From: Scyliorhinus canicula
Taxonomy: Eukaryota
Assembly: GCF_902713615.1 (NCBI RefSeq)
Contig: NC_052152.1
Span: 149,594,815-149,658,814 of the forward strand
Direction: 5' to 3'
Length of the DNA: 64,000 bases
Shown here one piece after another: positions 23,297-35,970 of this stretch. The notes under the pieces are model-generated. The model saw nothing but the letters and a program-made list of their open reading frames with translations, was not told the origin of the DNA and ran no database searches. Position numbers and translations under genes: made by a program. How positions within the stretch are numbered: the first letter of the stretch is position 1; every line of letters begins with the position of its first letter.

Positions 23297-24151
23297 TTTG
23301 TTTTAACTTTGAAACTCTATTTTCAATACCCGATTTTTCCAAGTTTATGGTTTTTTATTGCTGAAAATTAAAGCAGTTTCAGTTGAACATTTGCATTCTT
23401 ACATTTACAAACAAACTTTGTTTCGAATAAAATCCGGATTTTGTTTTTGAAATTTAAACAAGTACAGACAGAAGTTTTTATTATTGTTTCTACTTTACAA
23501 ACTATGACTATAGACGAGATGGGGTAACTTGTCAAGCACACGCAATGCTACAATATTTCTTACTGATTCCACTGTATTGCAGTATCCATACATCCAAGTC
23601 ACCTCCCTCTCCGTTCTCACAAAAAGCACTTACTTCTTGGTTTCCAGAGTGTGGTGACACAAAGTGATGACTCTAGGTTTCCTCCAGTGTCAGCATGTGT
23701 CAGTCGTATTGACTGGCCTCATTTGATTGGTATTCTTCGCTGACAAACTTGGCCTGGTTTCCCTCTTACTGTCCAATAGCTGTTACTGCCATCACATTCA
23801 TCCACCCCGATCACGGGCTGCTGACCACTTCCCGACCCACACTTCAAGCCATGGGAGCACAAGTGGATGTTGTGCCGGCTGTTGAGTAGCTTCACCACAG
23901 AGCCGTAGGTCACATACTGCCGATCGGTGACAGGGGAGGAGCCGAGCAACGCTTGGAGGGCAAGCACCAGGGCTGAGCTCAGAGCAGGGGCCGTCACCAT
24001 GAGCATTGCACGGGCCCACCTGGCTGCCCATCAGCCTCTGTCCCACCAATCTCCCCCCGCCCCTCCCCACATGCATGGTGACCAGCACACAGCCCAGCTT
24101 CACGTCACCCTACCCCTCGAACGTCGCAGCCAATTGCGGCTGCCCGCAACA
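23297..24151 (-). pseudogene. SDF2: Processed pseudogene of stromal cell-derived factor 2 (MIR-domain ER protein; SDF2L1 not fully excluded)
   Basis: Signal peptide then VTYGSVVKLLNSRHNIHLCSH..GSGSGQQPV.GV...SNSYWTVRGK...PIK*GQSIRLTH..TGGNL/SHHFVSPHSGNQEVSAF.ENGEG.DLDVW. Intronless; stop plus frameshift; AT-rich 3'UTR with AATAAA (~23354-23359); candidate TSD GGCATTCT/GTCATTCT. Confidence 0.9.
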
Positions 24152-24319
24152 GTCATTCTCAAAAGCCGGTCGTGGCTGTTGGACACTCTTTCCTGCGATC
24201 GGGAAATCCACGGCCCTCCAGACGCCCGCCTGTGACCTACCCGTGGGTCATGACACTGTGTTCTAAAAATCTTGACTGAGGGGTTGTCTGCGGAATAGAC
24301 ATATCAGACACTAGCTACC

Positions 24320-25135
24320 CAAATGGGAACCGAATCCCATACCGAGCATGTTTCGCTGGGTGTTTCCCGGCGCTCGGAACGTCTAGAAACACCATGCTAT
24401 TGAACTCCCATTTTGGCCAATAAAGGGCCTCAGCAGGTACACCCTGATGAGGCCACACTTATTTCCATTTTCTGCACTGAGTAGCTCTGCTCGCCAGCAC
24501 ACCTCAGTGCAGAAGGAGATTTGGCCACCATTTTTAGATGGGGCCCTGATCTCTCGACTGCCAACATGACCTCTGAATCCCCCCAAAGCTCCAACTCACC
24601 TACAAGGAGATCCTCAGCCTCCCCACATCTCCATCGGGTATCCTCGACCCCGATCTGCAGCGTGGCAAAAATGCAAGCCTGTCACCTTGCACTGTCCCCG
24701 CCAGTTGGCAGTGCCACGTGGGCACTTTGGCAGTGCCAGGGTGGCACCCAGGTGGCATTGCCAGGATGCCAGGCTGGTAGTGCCAAGGTGCCTGGGTGGC
24801 AACAATAGTGCTAGGGTGCCACCCTTCCCAGCGAGCAAATACTTGCAGGCCATTCCATCTGGTCCTCGTTTGTGGAGACCAGCACTGAACTGCACCCGCC
24901 TGAGATTTCCAGGAGAGGGGGGTTGATTCCTATCACCTTGGGTGGATCGTGGGAGTGCAGATTAGAGTGACACTCTAATATGGCCGGGATTCATAATGTG
25001 ACGCATCATGAGATTGCAATAGATCTCGCAAGGCGTGGTAAGCCGGGTAGACCCTGGAAGAGGAGTCTCCTAGCATTTGCCAGCCACGGTGTACCAAGCC
25101 ACCTTTCAGACGTAACGCAGCTATAGATCGTGCCC
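24320..25135. mobile_element. Harbinger-type MITE (same family as 43821-44833, inverted)
   Basis: Ends with TAGATCGTGCCC; terminal ~150 bp homologous to 43821-43960. Confidence 0.7.
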
Positions 25136-25674
25136 ATAATCATGTTTTATTTTGGGGAAATAACGTTTTTTCAATTCCTGATTCAATGGTCCAGGCACGT
25201 CGAAGGGCAAAAATCCCAGAAGTGGACAAAAATTTGAAGCCCCACCTTCAAACACAACTACTGGTTGGAGAGGTAAGGTACCCATTTGCTTATGACCCCA
25301 GGACACCGTTCACAGAGATAAAACACCCTTTGCGATGATTAAAAGTGAATATGATCATGTATTTTTTATGCACCAACTCATCAGAAATGCTCAACTATTA
25401 AAGAGCTGCCCAAGTGTCAAAATACTGCCCACCCCTACACAGCACTGGGTGAATACTAGCGATGGCAGGTTGAGGCTCTTTAGTGAACATTCATTTCCCA
25501 CTTCGCAGCCTCAATTGACAGTGGTGAGGCTGCTCCCTCCACAGACATAATCTGGATTGGACCGGGAAGGCAGCAAGGTCCCTGTCCACTACCCTCCCAT
25601 CTGATTAAATGACCCTCATCACCCCCACCAGAAACCTCGCCATAAGAGAAAATTCGGCCTGATTGCGCCTCATA

Positions 25675-26760
25675 AGAGAGACACCTGTCTGGAAGCTAGA
25701 GAGCAGTCTAGGCAGAGATTGTGAAAAAAAAAATACTGCTTTAAAATTCACCCGTGCAATACACCTGCTGGCTCAGGCAGAGGATGCAGCACATGTAAGT
25801 TCCTAGAAAGAGAAAACTACATCAGCTGGATTTAAACCTCTCAGATCTTAGATCTGCAAGGCTTTCATAACAGTGAATTTGTTTTTACTAGGCTGTGATT
25901 GACAGCTTACACACACCCAGCTCTCAGGATTGTTTTATGCAATTTCCCTTCACACTTGTGTGGATTTCAAGTAATCTGCAAACCACACATTTGTAAACAT
26001 CGAGCTATGATGACATCAAAGGTAGTTAAGTTCTTTCATCATAGAATTTACAGTGCAGAAGGAGGCCATTCAGCCCATCAAGTCTACACCGGCTCTTGGA
26101 AAGAGCACCCTACCCAAGGTCAACAACTCCACCCTATCCTCATAACCCAGCAACCCCACCCAACACTAAGGGCAATTTTGGACACTAAGGGCAATTTATC
26201 ATGGCCAATCCACCTAACCTGCACATCTTCGGACTGTGGGAGGAAACCAGAGCACCCGGAGGAAGCCCACACACACACGGGGAGGATGTGCAGGCTCCGC
26301 ACAGACAGTGACCCAAGCCGGAATCGAACCTGGTACCCTGGAGCTGTGAAGAGATTGTGCTATCCACAATGCCACCGTGCTGCAGAGAAACAAAGGAAGT
26401 GGAGATATCTGGTGGAGGGGGGATCTGGTGGGGGTGAGGTGGGCAGGATTTGCATTGAGATGGTCTCCATAGAAGAGTTACCTCCTTGTCCCACCGTGAG
26501 GTCCATTGCACCAGGGCCATGCTGGGAAATACCTGCACCAATTCTCACCCACGTGAATCCCAGCCCAGAGGACCAGAGATTCATGCAGTCTTGGAGAATC
26601 CAGTGTCCATTTAGTTATTGGATGCAAATGGGTCAATTTGACCTATTTGCATGCTCCCACTGACGCGAGGCGCGAACCTCAATGCCATCCTGTCTGTGGG
26701 ATGCGTCAGATTCTTCGCCATATCGAGAACTCCGCTACCATCGGCGGGTAGCGAAGAATT
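25675..26760. mobile_element. Non-autonomous DNA-transposon-like repeat (second copy at 63350-64000), interrupted by a SINE
   Basis: Shared GTGCAATACACCTGCTGGCTCAGGCAGAGG...GGCTGTGATT(G/A)ACAGCTT...GGATGCAAATGGGTC. Confidence 0.65.
26038..26382 (-). mobile_element. HE1-like SINE (long type)
   Basis: Head, core and tail match the family. Confidence 0.85.
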
Positions 26761-27017
26761 GGTCACAGAACAAAACATTGTGAAATGTAATCATTCTGTT
26801 AGCAACCACTCTTAGTATGAAGTGGTGTGCTCCATTTGTTTCGGAAACTTTTCAACTTGTGACCAGTTTACAGTCTTTGCAGGTTTAAAATAGCAAAGCA
26901 CCATTTTAATATAGAGATTCATTAAGCTGCAGTGCAAGATTGCTACTTGGTTAATGGATTTTCCCACAGTTTTGCATTTCCACATCTTCTCTTTCTATCA
27001 GGGAACAGAATCATGGT

Positions 27018-27340
27018 ACATAGAATTTACAGTGCAGAAGGAGGCCATTCGGCCCATCGAGTCTGCACCGGCCCCTTGGAAAGAGCACCCTATGGAAGCC
27101 CATATCCCACCCTATGCCCATAACCCAGTAACCCCACCCAACTAAACCCAACCTTTTTGGACACTAAGGGCAATTTAGTATGGTCAATCCACCAAACCTG
27201 CATATTTTTGAACACGGGAGGAAACCGGAGTACCCGAAGGAAACCTACCCAGACATGGGGAGAAAGTGCAAACTCCGCACAGACAGTGACCCAAGCTGGG
27301 AATCGAATCTGGAGCTGTGAAGAAACTGTGCTACCGTGCC
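27018..27340 (-). mobile_element. HE1-like SINE (long type)
   Basis: Head, core and tail match the family. Confidence 0.85.
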
Positions 27341-28129
27341 CCCAACATCTTTATTACAGCTCCATTCTCTGTGTTGTTCTCTTAACCTTCTTAAGCAATA
27401 GAATTCTTTTCATTTTATTCTACTTCGTTTGGTTCTTTCCATCCTCATTTGTTAATATCATATGGGTGAAGGGGCAGCATATAAAATGTCTGTCAATATC
27501 ATTGTTACCAGCAGATATATCCACTGTGCATGCATGATTTAATGGAGATTGATGAGTGAGTCAAATAGGTTATTTCTTCCATTATTACTAATATTTCCTT
27601 GGCCTAATCTGGGATCTATTTTTGCCCATTGAGGAAACTGAACTTCAATAGGTTGAATCCTGGATCAGAAGTGCTTTCTTAATATCTATTGCAATTTAAT
27701 GTTCTCTGTACCTTGGAATGAGCATCCATAATAATTGTGTGTGAAGGAGTAACAGCATGAATGAAGTGAGTATTGTTTCTTTCATCCATGTGCCTAAAAC
27801 TGTTCCTCTAATGTGTATTACTGCACAGCTCCATGTTAAACACACTTTTGTTGTGAAATGTTAATTTGCAGCAACGGACGGATTTAAATTTGTTTACGAT
27901 TTCCACTTCATGTGTTCCCTTTGGAAGCTGGTGTTCAAAGCAAGTTCAAGTGCAGAGCTGAGCTGAGCAGGAGATAGCTTATGAGTATTTTCTACAACAG
28001 GTATCTTTTGGTAATCTATGCAGCATGATGGATGCTGCATCAAGTCTAGACATTTTGGAGGAAGACCAGGAAATCAGAGCCCTGGAGCCGGGCTGTCAGG
28101 AATTGCTGCGACTCAATCCATTACAAGTG

Positions 28130-28350
28130 TTCCTGCCATCACAATTACCTAGACATCGACAAGGAGCTGTGCAACAGCAACATAATTGTTAACTTGAGAT
28201 CACATCTAGACCCAAACCTGAGTCACAGATTGACGTCTAAATGACACTTCAGTGAAAATGAAAACTTCACTAAATCTTAATGCCTCTGGGTCGTACAGGG
28301 CACCAACAAGAGACACCATTTGGATCAGCCAACTTAACGTTTACAGTGGT
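28130..28350 (+). pseudogene. Very old Harbinger transposase fragment
   Basis: SVKMKTSLNLNASGSYRAPTRDTIWISQ resembles V.VKLT.AL.F.ASGSFQ..T.D..GISQ. Confidence 0.55.
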
Positions 28351-28579
28351 GAGTCCTCCACCATGTGCTTACATTTTTTGTTGTTGTGTCCATTCATTCA
28401 CAGCATGTGTAACTGGCAAGAGTCGCATATGTTGCCCATCCTAATTGCCCTTATGGTGATGCAGTACCACCTTCTTGAACTGCTGAAATTCAGGTGGTGG
28501 GCAACTTCCGAGGCCATTATAGAGGACAGTTAAGAGTCAACCGCATTGCTGTGGGTCGAGCATCACATTTTCTTTTATT

Positions 28580-29585
28580 CATTCAAGGGATGTGGACTTT
28601 GCTGGCCACGCCATCATTTATTATTCATTCTTAATTGCCCTTGAGAAGGTGATGGTGAGCTGCCTTCTTGAACCGCTGCAGTCTCTGAGGTGTAGATGCA
28701 CCCACAATGCTGTCAGGAAGGGAGTTCCAGGATTTGATGCAGCCACAATGAAGGAACGTGATGTATTTCCAAATCAGGAAAGCAAGTGACTTGGAGGGTA
28801 TGTATCTGCTGTCCTTCTCCTTCTAGATGGTAGTGGCTGTGGGTTTGGAATGTGCTGTTTTCAGGAGCCTTGGGGAAATCCTGCAGTGCATCTTGTAGAT
28901 GGGAAACATGGCTGTCACTGTGTGGCAGTAGTGGTGGGAGTGAATGTTTGTGAATGGGGTGCCAGTCACAGTTAGGGAGCTGGTTTATCACAGGGCTAAA
29001 AAGCTAGCTTTTAAAGCAGACCAAGGCAGGCCAGCAGCACGGTTCAATTCCCATACCAGCCTCCCCGAACAGGCGCCGGAATGTGGCGAGTAGGGGCTTT
29101 TCACAGTAACTTCATTTGAAGCCTACTTGTGACAATAAGCAATTTTCATTTCATTTCATTTTTCAAGCAGGCTGCTTTGACCTAGATGGTGCCAACACTT
29201 CTTGAGTGTTATTGGAGCTACACATCCAGGCAAGAGGAGAGTATTCCATCACACTCCTGACTTTACCTTGTGAATTTTGGACAGACTTTGGGAAGTTAGG
29301 AGGTGAGTTACTCGCCTCAGGATTCCCAGTCTCTGACCTGTTCTTGTAAGCCACAGTATTTATATAGCTAGTCCAGTTCAGTTTCTAGTCAATGGATTTC
29401 CCCAGGATGTTGATGGTTGTGACCAGTGATGCAATGCCAAATAGTTGGATTCTCTCCTGTTGGAGATGATCATTGCCTGGTCCTTATGTGGCACAAATTT
29501 TACTTGCCACTTTCCAGCCCAAGCTTGGATATTTGCCAGGACTTGCTGCATTTGGACATGGACTGTTCAGCATCTGAGAAGTCAA
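28580..29585 (-). mobile_element. CR1/L2-clade LINE 3' fragments
   Basis: Homologous to 10530-11380 (VRSVMEYSPLAWM). Confidence 0.8.
28975..29164 (+). mobile_element. Short tRNA-derived SINE ((TTTCA)n tail)
   Basis: Closely matches 4762-4954. Confidence 0.82.
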
Positions 29586-29699
29586 GGCTGGATTGGGTAA
29601 GGACTTGCAGCCCACCAGCCTCTGTATTTAATGGATCAGTTTCCGCCACCTTCAGAGAGACGTTTAGAACTCTCTTCCACAAATGGCAATTGATGTTAA

Positions 29700-29875
29700 T
29701 TCAGTTTTTAATTTCAAATCTGAGATCGATAATTTTTCTGTCAAGCAAACGTATTAAGGGATATGGGCCAAAGGCACATATAAGGAGTTAGGCTACAGAT
29801 CAGCCATGATCTCATTGAATTGCAGAGCAGGCTCAAGGGGCTGAATGGCCTACTGCTTTTCCTATATTCCTATGT
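29700..29875 (+). mobile_element. CR1 LINE 3' end
   Basis: FKSEID.FL.SK.IKGYG, GATCAGCCATGATCTCATTGAAT, and TTCCTAT tail. Confidence 0.75.
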
Positions 29876-29879
29876 TGCC

Positions 29880-30685
29880 ACCAAACACACTGCCCTCGTC
29901 CCCTTTTGGCATTCCAAATGGATCATCCCCTCTGTGATACCCTGATTCACCCTTCAATCACCCCCAACATCCCGTTCTCTTCCCATGATGCCTTTCCATG
30001 CAAGAGCAGGAAATGTAAGCCCTGCTCGTTTACCTCTTCTTTCCTTATTGTTCAAGGCCCCACGGTAGTCTCCTCCCAGGTCAAGCAATGATTTATGTGT
30101 ACCTAATTCAATCTTCTGTATTTGCTGCTCGCAATGTAGTCTACCATATCGGGGACATGAAATGCATATTGGTTGAGCGTTTTGCGGAACATCTCCATTC
30201 AGTCTGCAAGTATAACTCTGAGCTTCTGGTTGCCTGCCACTTCAATTCTCCATGCTAACATCTCTGTCCTTGGCCTGCTGCACCATGGAAAGCTCAAGGA
30301 ATAGCCTTGATCTTTTACTGAGGCAATTTACAACCTTCCAGACACAACATTGAGTTTGACAATGTCACAACGTAAATTCTACCCCTCCCATCCCCACCAT
30401 TTTCTATTTTTTTTTTCTCTTTGCATGTTTTGGCTTTTTTCTAACTTTAACTTTAATTTTCAGGCAGTGGCACTCCTGCGGATTTTGATCCTCTTTTCTG
30501 ATTCAATCCCTCCCATCTTCCATCCAATCACACGTTTTCCTTTTGTCCTTCCCCCCACCTTTACTCAAAACATTTCTAACTTTTCAAAGTGATGATGAAA
30601 GGTCATTGACCTCTAATGTTAACTATGATTCTCTCCCCTCAGATACTTCCTGGCCTGCTGAGCAATTCAGTATTTTCTGTTCTTT
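29880..30685 (+). mobile_element. Penelope-like element remnant (GIY-YIG endonuclease plus terminus)
   Basis: FPCKSRKCKPCSFTSS...QGP...QVKQ.F.C...CSQC...IG...L.ERFAEHL matches the PLE Cys-rich linker and GIY-YIG domain. Confidence 0.78.
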
Positions 30686-32914
30686 CTTTCATGTTGTACA
30701 TTTTCTTTGGACACACAAGATGCTTCATAAATGGGGCACTGCAGATCAGTACTATTAATGCTGAGGATTTTTTGAATAATGCATGATTCAGAAGGGCACC
30801 CAGCTACAAGACAAATGATGAAACAGGTGTGGGAGGCATTTGCTCAGGAGATAAATACTTTTTATGACTTGCCATGTTTAGAAACATATGCATGAGGAAG
30901 TGCAATAAGAAAGAAACAGCAAGTGCTGGAAATCTGACATCTAAACAGAAGATATTGGAGCGATTCTGAATTATATGAATCTATCTCTTCTCTTGCAAGG
31001 GGCTAATAATAATGGATGCTGCTTTTGCTGTGACAGTGCATACTCGGTTACATCTCACATGCATCCAGCTCTTCTCAAACAAATTGCACGTCTGCTAGCC
31101 ACAATGCCATGGCCTTGGATTTCAATGGATGGCAGGTCACATTCCTGCAATCGCCTGATATTCACTGACTGTGTGAAGCTCTTATCATGGTACGGGATTC
31201 TGCAATATTTTACTCCTTATTCTTTCACGGTGTAATTGGAATACAAATTCAAATCTCATGATAGACAAAGCCATTGTTGTAGTGGGTGTAGGTGATTATT
31301 ATTGTACAGGCCAGATGTTTTGGCATGTTTGGTGATGTTAGCACTTCCCTGAACAGTGCTCCATGATGACCCTTTTGTAATAGCAAAGAGTTGTATCTGT
31401 CCCAGTGCTGTGGTTCATGAAGGCCGCTTTCTTCAACAAAGCAAAATGGAATTCTGAAAGAGAACCGAAAATGGTGGAGATGTTCTCTGAGTCTTATTCA
31501 TTTGTCTTTTCTTTTGAGAAAGGTTAACTTCCTGTGTGCTTCCAGCAATTTCTCAGCAGACTTATCTTGAGCTGCAATTTTGTAAAGAAGAATAATTGCT
31601 GAACAAAAAAATATTTGAAATGTAGTTTCATGCAGTTGAAGAGGTAAGTTTTTTAGTCCAGCATATTTGTTTTAGCAAATGAGTAATTTACCTCAGCAAT
31701 CAGTCATCAAACCAGACTGATGTCCAATTGGAATACTTTGGAAATATCCTGAATTATCAGCCTTTTATATTCCTCATTCAGCAAGTAACTGGATAAGTTT
31801 GGATCAACCGATATTACTGAGTGAAACTCCTTGAGCGGCCATCTCTACCAATATATGATAATTGACAATTATATAGCAATGAAAAGTAATTAACAGTCAT
31901 ATCCATCTGTACAGCACTGAGAGTTATTGACAGTGATCCTCATTACTTTTTATAAATTAAACACCTTCTGCAATAAAAAGAGAATTTGCTGGGAAGCACA
32001 TAGCAGTTAACATTCCCCCAGAGAAAAGAAGGATTAATAAGATTCATGTTCTGTTTTCTTTCAGATTTCCATTTTTCTCTCCCTTTTGTTAATGTTTTTA
32101 ACTCCTGACCAAATACTACCCCCCCCCAGTCCCACAACTTCACCAGTCAGACTCTCTGTTTTATAGTTGCTTTTCAACGTGCACTCATCAATTTTTTCTA
32201 TATCATGCACGATGAAGTGGGACGTGAAGAGGTCTGTGCAAAACATAAACACTAGCATAGATCAATTGGGCTGAATGGCTGGTTTCTGTGTTGCAGCTTT
32301 TATGAGATTCTATCTCCAGTCTTCAGCATTGACAATGATGTGCAGTGCCTTATTTACAAAGCTGAAAATCATAGCAAATGTACAACACAGGTAGATTGGC
32401 ACTCCGAGCACAAAGCATCGCATTAATTAATTTGACAGCTGATCCAGCAATTTTATAAAGGTTTATTGCTGATTCATTCTGATTAACAGCTTAATTGTGC
32501 CTTAGTTATAACTCACCTGACTTCCAAGAAGTGCACTGGATAAACATATGCATTCCTTTGAGTGTAATTTAAAGGAGAGGAAAAGAAAACGTTAATTTAA
32601 GTGCAGGCAGTGAGCTAATGGCAAATAAAATTCTTATGAGTTTTTACGAGGGAAGATTTTCTGTATCTAATACAAAATTTATTTCACAATGAGCCAATTC
32701 CACCATGGGACCAAGTTGGTCAAATAATGAACAAGTGCAAAAGGGAAAATTAAAACGATAAATAAAGGCATTTAAATCCAATTACGATGCACAAATAAAG
32801 GATAGTCTGCTATTTTATTAATAGCACATTAAGTTCAGAAGCGCAGTTGTGATTTTGAAAAAAGACAGTCATGGTAGTGGTGGTACTAGCAGTAGTTTCA
32901 GTGAGGTTCAGATA

Positions 32915-33620
32915 CATTGGCTTGGATTTTCATCACCACAGCATTTTGCAGGAGCCTGACTCAGCCCATCTGCCTCAGGAGAATGTGTCTGCAAAGGTGG
33001 AACCTTCATTGTTGTGGATGTGACATGGAGGGGGTAGGCGATGTGGGCTGGTGATGGACAAACCACTCTGGGAAAGAGGTTGGAGGCAGCCACGGGGGCT
33101 GTCCGGGTGCTGAGGTGTTTAAAAGGCCCATCTTGCTGCTGTGGCACTTCACCCCAGTTAAAATTAAAACAGAAAGACCCTCCAGCTCTCACCCCTCACA
33201 CTCCTTCAACCCTCCCGCACAATCCCCATGGAGCATCATTTCCCCCTTGCCAGGCGATGCCTTCCACCCATACACCATGGTCCCTCATGTCCCTTATACC
33301 AAGCCACAACAGTTCTATGCCCATTTACTTACTTTACACTGTATGGAAACAATGAGCTCTATTATGATAATAGGGCATGTAAAAATGCTTCACAAAAATA
33401 GACACTTATCCATTACCTTTCACTATGTTAAAAAAAATGTCCTTACACTGCAGCCCAATATCAATAACAGAAACCACAAGCACTTGAAATCTCTTAATTT
33501 TGTGTAAATAAACATTGTCGAATTAACAGCAGAGATCAGAGAGCCAGAGCTGTCAATCAACCAATATTTTCCTCGGGACCCAAGTATTTCAACAGAGAAA
33601 TTGATGTCTAGTTTCTCAGT
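32915..33620. repeat. Old non-autonomous DNA-transposon-like repeat (relatives at ~1200-1700 and 42790-43682)
   Basis: GGCTTGGATTTTCA start, TTTAAAAGGCC motif, C-rich CCCATG tracts, GCTGTCAATCA. Confidence 0.4.
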
Positions 33621-34159
33621 CAAACCTTATTATGTAATCTTGGCACCACTGTCACTTCACTAGGCATAAATAGGACATGTCACTAGGCTGTAGAATTGGC
33701 TCTAAAATTAGTGAAGCATAATCTGAGATTACATATGAAACAGGGATTTCACTTAGCCAGACATACTGCACCTAACACAAATCATTGTTTTAGAATGTAA
33801 GAAACCCCCACAAATGTTCGTATTCTACTCATGGAAATTCCATTCTCATGTGGGTAAAACACATCAGAGTAATATCCCTTTAATAGCTGTACAATAAGCC
33901 AATTTTAAATCGGGAATAAAAAGTATAATTCAGTGGTAATTCATTCATCCCCACTCCACCTCAACATACTTAGTCATTTTAATTATTCCTCCTGTTATCT
34001 GAACTTTGCCTGCAGTTGTCCATTGTGACACTTTGCATTGTACTGAAAGCATCAAAATAATTTTATACCAAGTGTAAGATTGGCACCAATTTTTACTGTG
34101 TCTTTACACTGAGACAAAAATAGATCAAATGATATTCACAAATGCCATAATCAAACATG

Positions 34160-34843
34160 GGGCGGGATTCTCCCCTACCCGGCAGGGCAGGGGGTCCCGG
34201 CGGGATGGAGTGGCATGAACCACTCTGGCGTCGGGCCGCCCCAAAGGTGCGGACGTCTCCGCACCTTTAAGGGCCAAGCCCTAACCTTGAGGGGCTAGGC
34301 CCGCGTCGGAGTGGTTGGCGCCCCGCTGGCCAGCGGGAGCGGCCTTTGGCGCCAAGCCAGCCGGGGCCGAAGGGACTTCGCTGGCCGGCAGAAGTCCACA
34401 CATGCGCCGGAGCGTCAGCGTTTGCTGACGTCATCCCCGCGCATGTGCAAGGGAGGGGGTCTCTTCCGCCTCCGCCATTGTGAAGACTATGGTGAGCGCA
34501 GAAGGAAAAGAATGCACCCACAGCACAGGACCGCCGGCTGATCGGTGGGCCCCGATTGCTGGCCACCCTCGGGGTCAGATTGTCCCGTCCACCCTCCAGG
34601 ACCCGGAAGCCCGCCTGCGCCGCTTGGTCCCGTTGTAAGGTAGTTGGTTTGATTCACGCCGGCGGGACCGGTATGACAGCGGCGGGACTTCGGTCCATCG
34701 CGGGCCGGAGAATTGCCGGGGGGGGGGGCCGGCCGAAAGGCGCGGCGCGATTCCCGCCCCCGCCGAATCTCTGGTGCCAGAGACTTCGGGAGACGGCAGG
34801 TCGGGATTCACGCTGGCCCCCGGCGGGTCGGAGAATCCCGCCC
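34160..34843. mobile_element. GC-rich Harbinger MITE
   Basis: Perfect TIRs GGGCGGGATTCTCC/GGAGAATCCCGCCC; TSD ATG. Confidence 0.9.
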
Positions 34844-35184
34844 ATGAAGTACCAGCAAGTTAATGAGTTTTATTTGCTGTGAAAATAGTTTCATCTTTTT
34901 CTTGAAACATTGGCTTTGAAGATTTGACAGGAACTGCAATTGAGTTGAACATCTGAAAAACAGACAGAATAAAGAAAATGAACCTAATTCTGTTTTATTG
35001 GGAAAAAAAAACATTGCTCCAGGCATTCTGTGAGGGGAATGGGAAAGAGCCAGAAATCATGGTCCATTTTGGAACTAATGATGTAAGTAGGGAAAGGGTT
35101 GAGTTCCTTCCAGCAGTCTGGAGTTCGGAGAAAGATTCCAGAACAGACTTGAAAATATATGAACATACAGACAGGTGAATATGC

Positions 35185-35970
35185 AAACATAGGAACATAC
35201 AAACATATGAATTAGGAGCAGGATTCGGTCATTCGGCCCCTGAGTCTACTCCCCCATTCAATAGGATTATGGCTGATTTCATTGTAACCTCAGCTCCTCA
35301 TTCCCACCTACCCCCAATAACCTTTCACCTCCTTGCTTAGCAAAATTCTATCATGCTCTGCCTTAGAAATATAAAAAGACTCTACTGCCAGTGCTCTTTG
35401 AGGAAGAGTTTCAAAGGCTCACAACCCTCTGAGCCTAGCTTGCCCAACCTTTCTTCATAAAACAACCTACCCAGCCCAGGTATTCGTCTGATAACTCTCC
35501 TCTCAGCATGCTTCCGACATATTTACATTCTTCCCTGAATAAAGAGACCAATTCTGTTCACAGTACTCCAGGTATGATCTCACCACTGCCCGATATAATC
35601 ACAACCTCCCTACTTTTGTCTTCAATTCCCCCCGCATTAAACAATAACCATGTATTTGCTTTCCATAGGGCAGCACGGTGGCGCAGTGGGTTAGCCCTGC
35701 TGCCTTCACGGCGCTGAGGTCGCAGTTTCGATTCCGGCTCAGGGTCACTGTCCGTGTGGAGTTTGCACATTCTCCGCGTGTCTGTTTGGGTTTCACCCCC
35801 ACAACCCAAAGATGTGTAGGGTAGGTGGATTGGCCATGCTAAATTGCCCCTTAATTGGAAAAAGTAAATTGGGTACTGTAAATTTTTAAAAAATCAATTA
35901 GCTTTCCTAAATACTTGCTGTACCAGCGTACTACACTTTAGCGATTCATGCACGAGCGCAGTCAGATTTC
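35185..35970 (-). mobile_element. CR1 LINE 3' fragments
   Basis: 3' tail AACATAGGAACATA...GGCTGAT and RT C-terminal remnants (GIEDKSREV). Confidence 0.65.
35668..35892 (+). mobile_element. HE1-like SINE (short-tail type)
   Basis: GGGCAGCACGGTGGCGCAGTGG head and core. Confidence 0.88.

Larger units (their letters stand above)
21890..24274 (-). mobile_element. hAT/Charlie (Buster-type) DNA transposon, deletion derivative, containing a solo LTR, a SINE and an SDF2 retrocopy
   Basis: Left TIR CAGTGTTTTTCA, degenerate right TIR CTAAAAATCTTG; 8-bp TSD TCTTAGGG/ACTGAGGG (6/8); subterminal GACC(T)TCACGACCCAC repeats at 21935-22025. Confidence 0.8.

Noticed and set aside
25899-26663. 254-aa ORF
   Set aside because: Chance read-through across an antisense SINE and flanking repeat.
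35668-35745. tRNA-like A/B-box sequences here and at other sites
   Set aside because: They are SINE heads joined to SINE cores, not tRNA genes.
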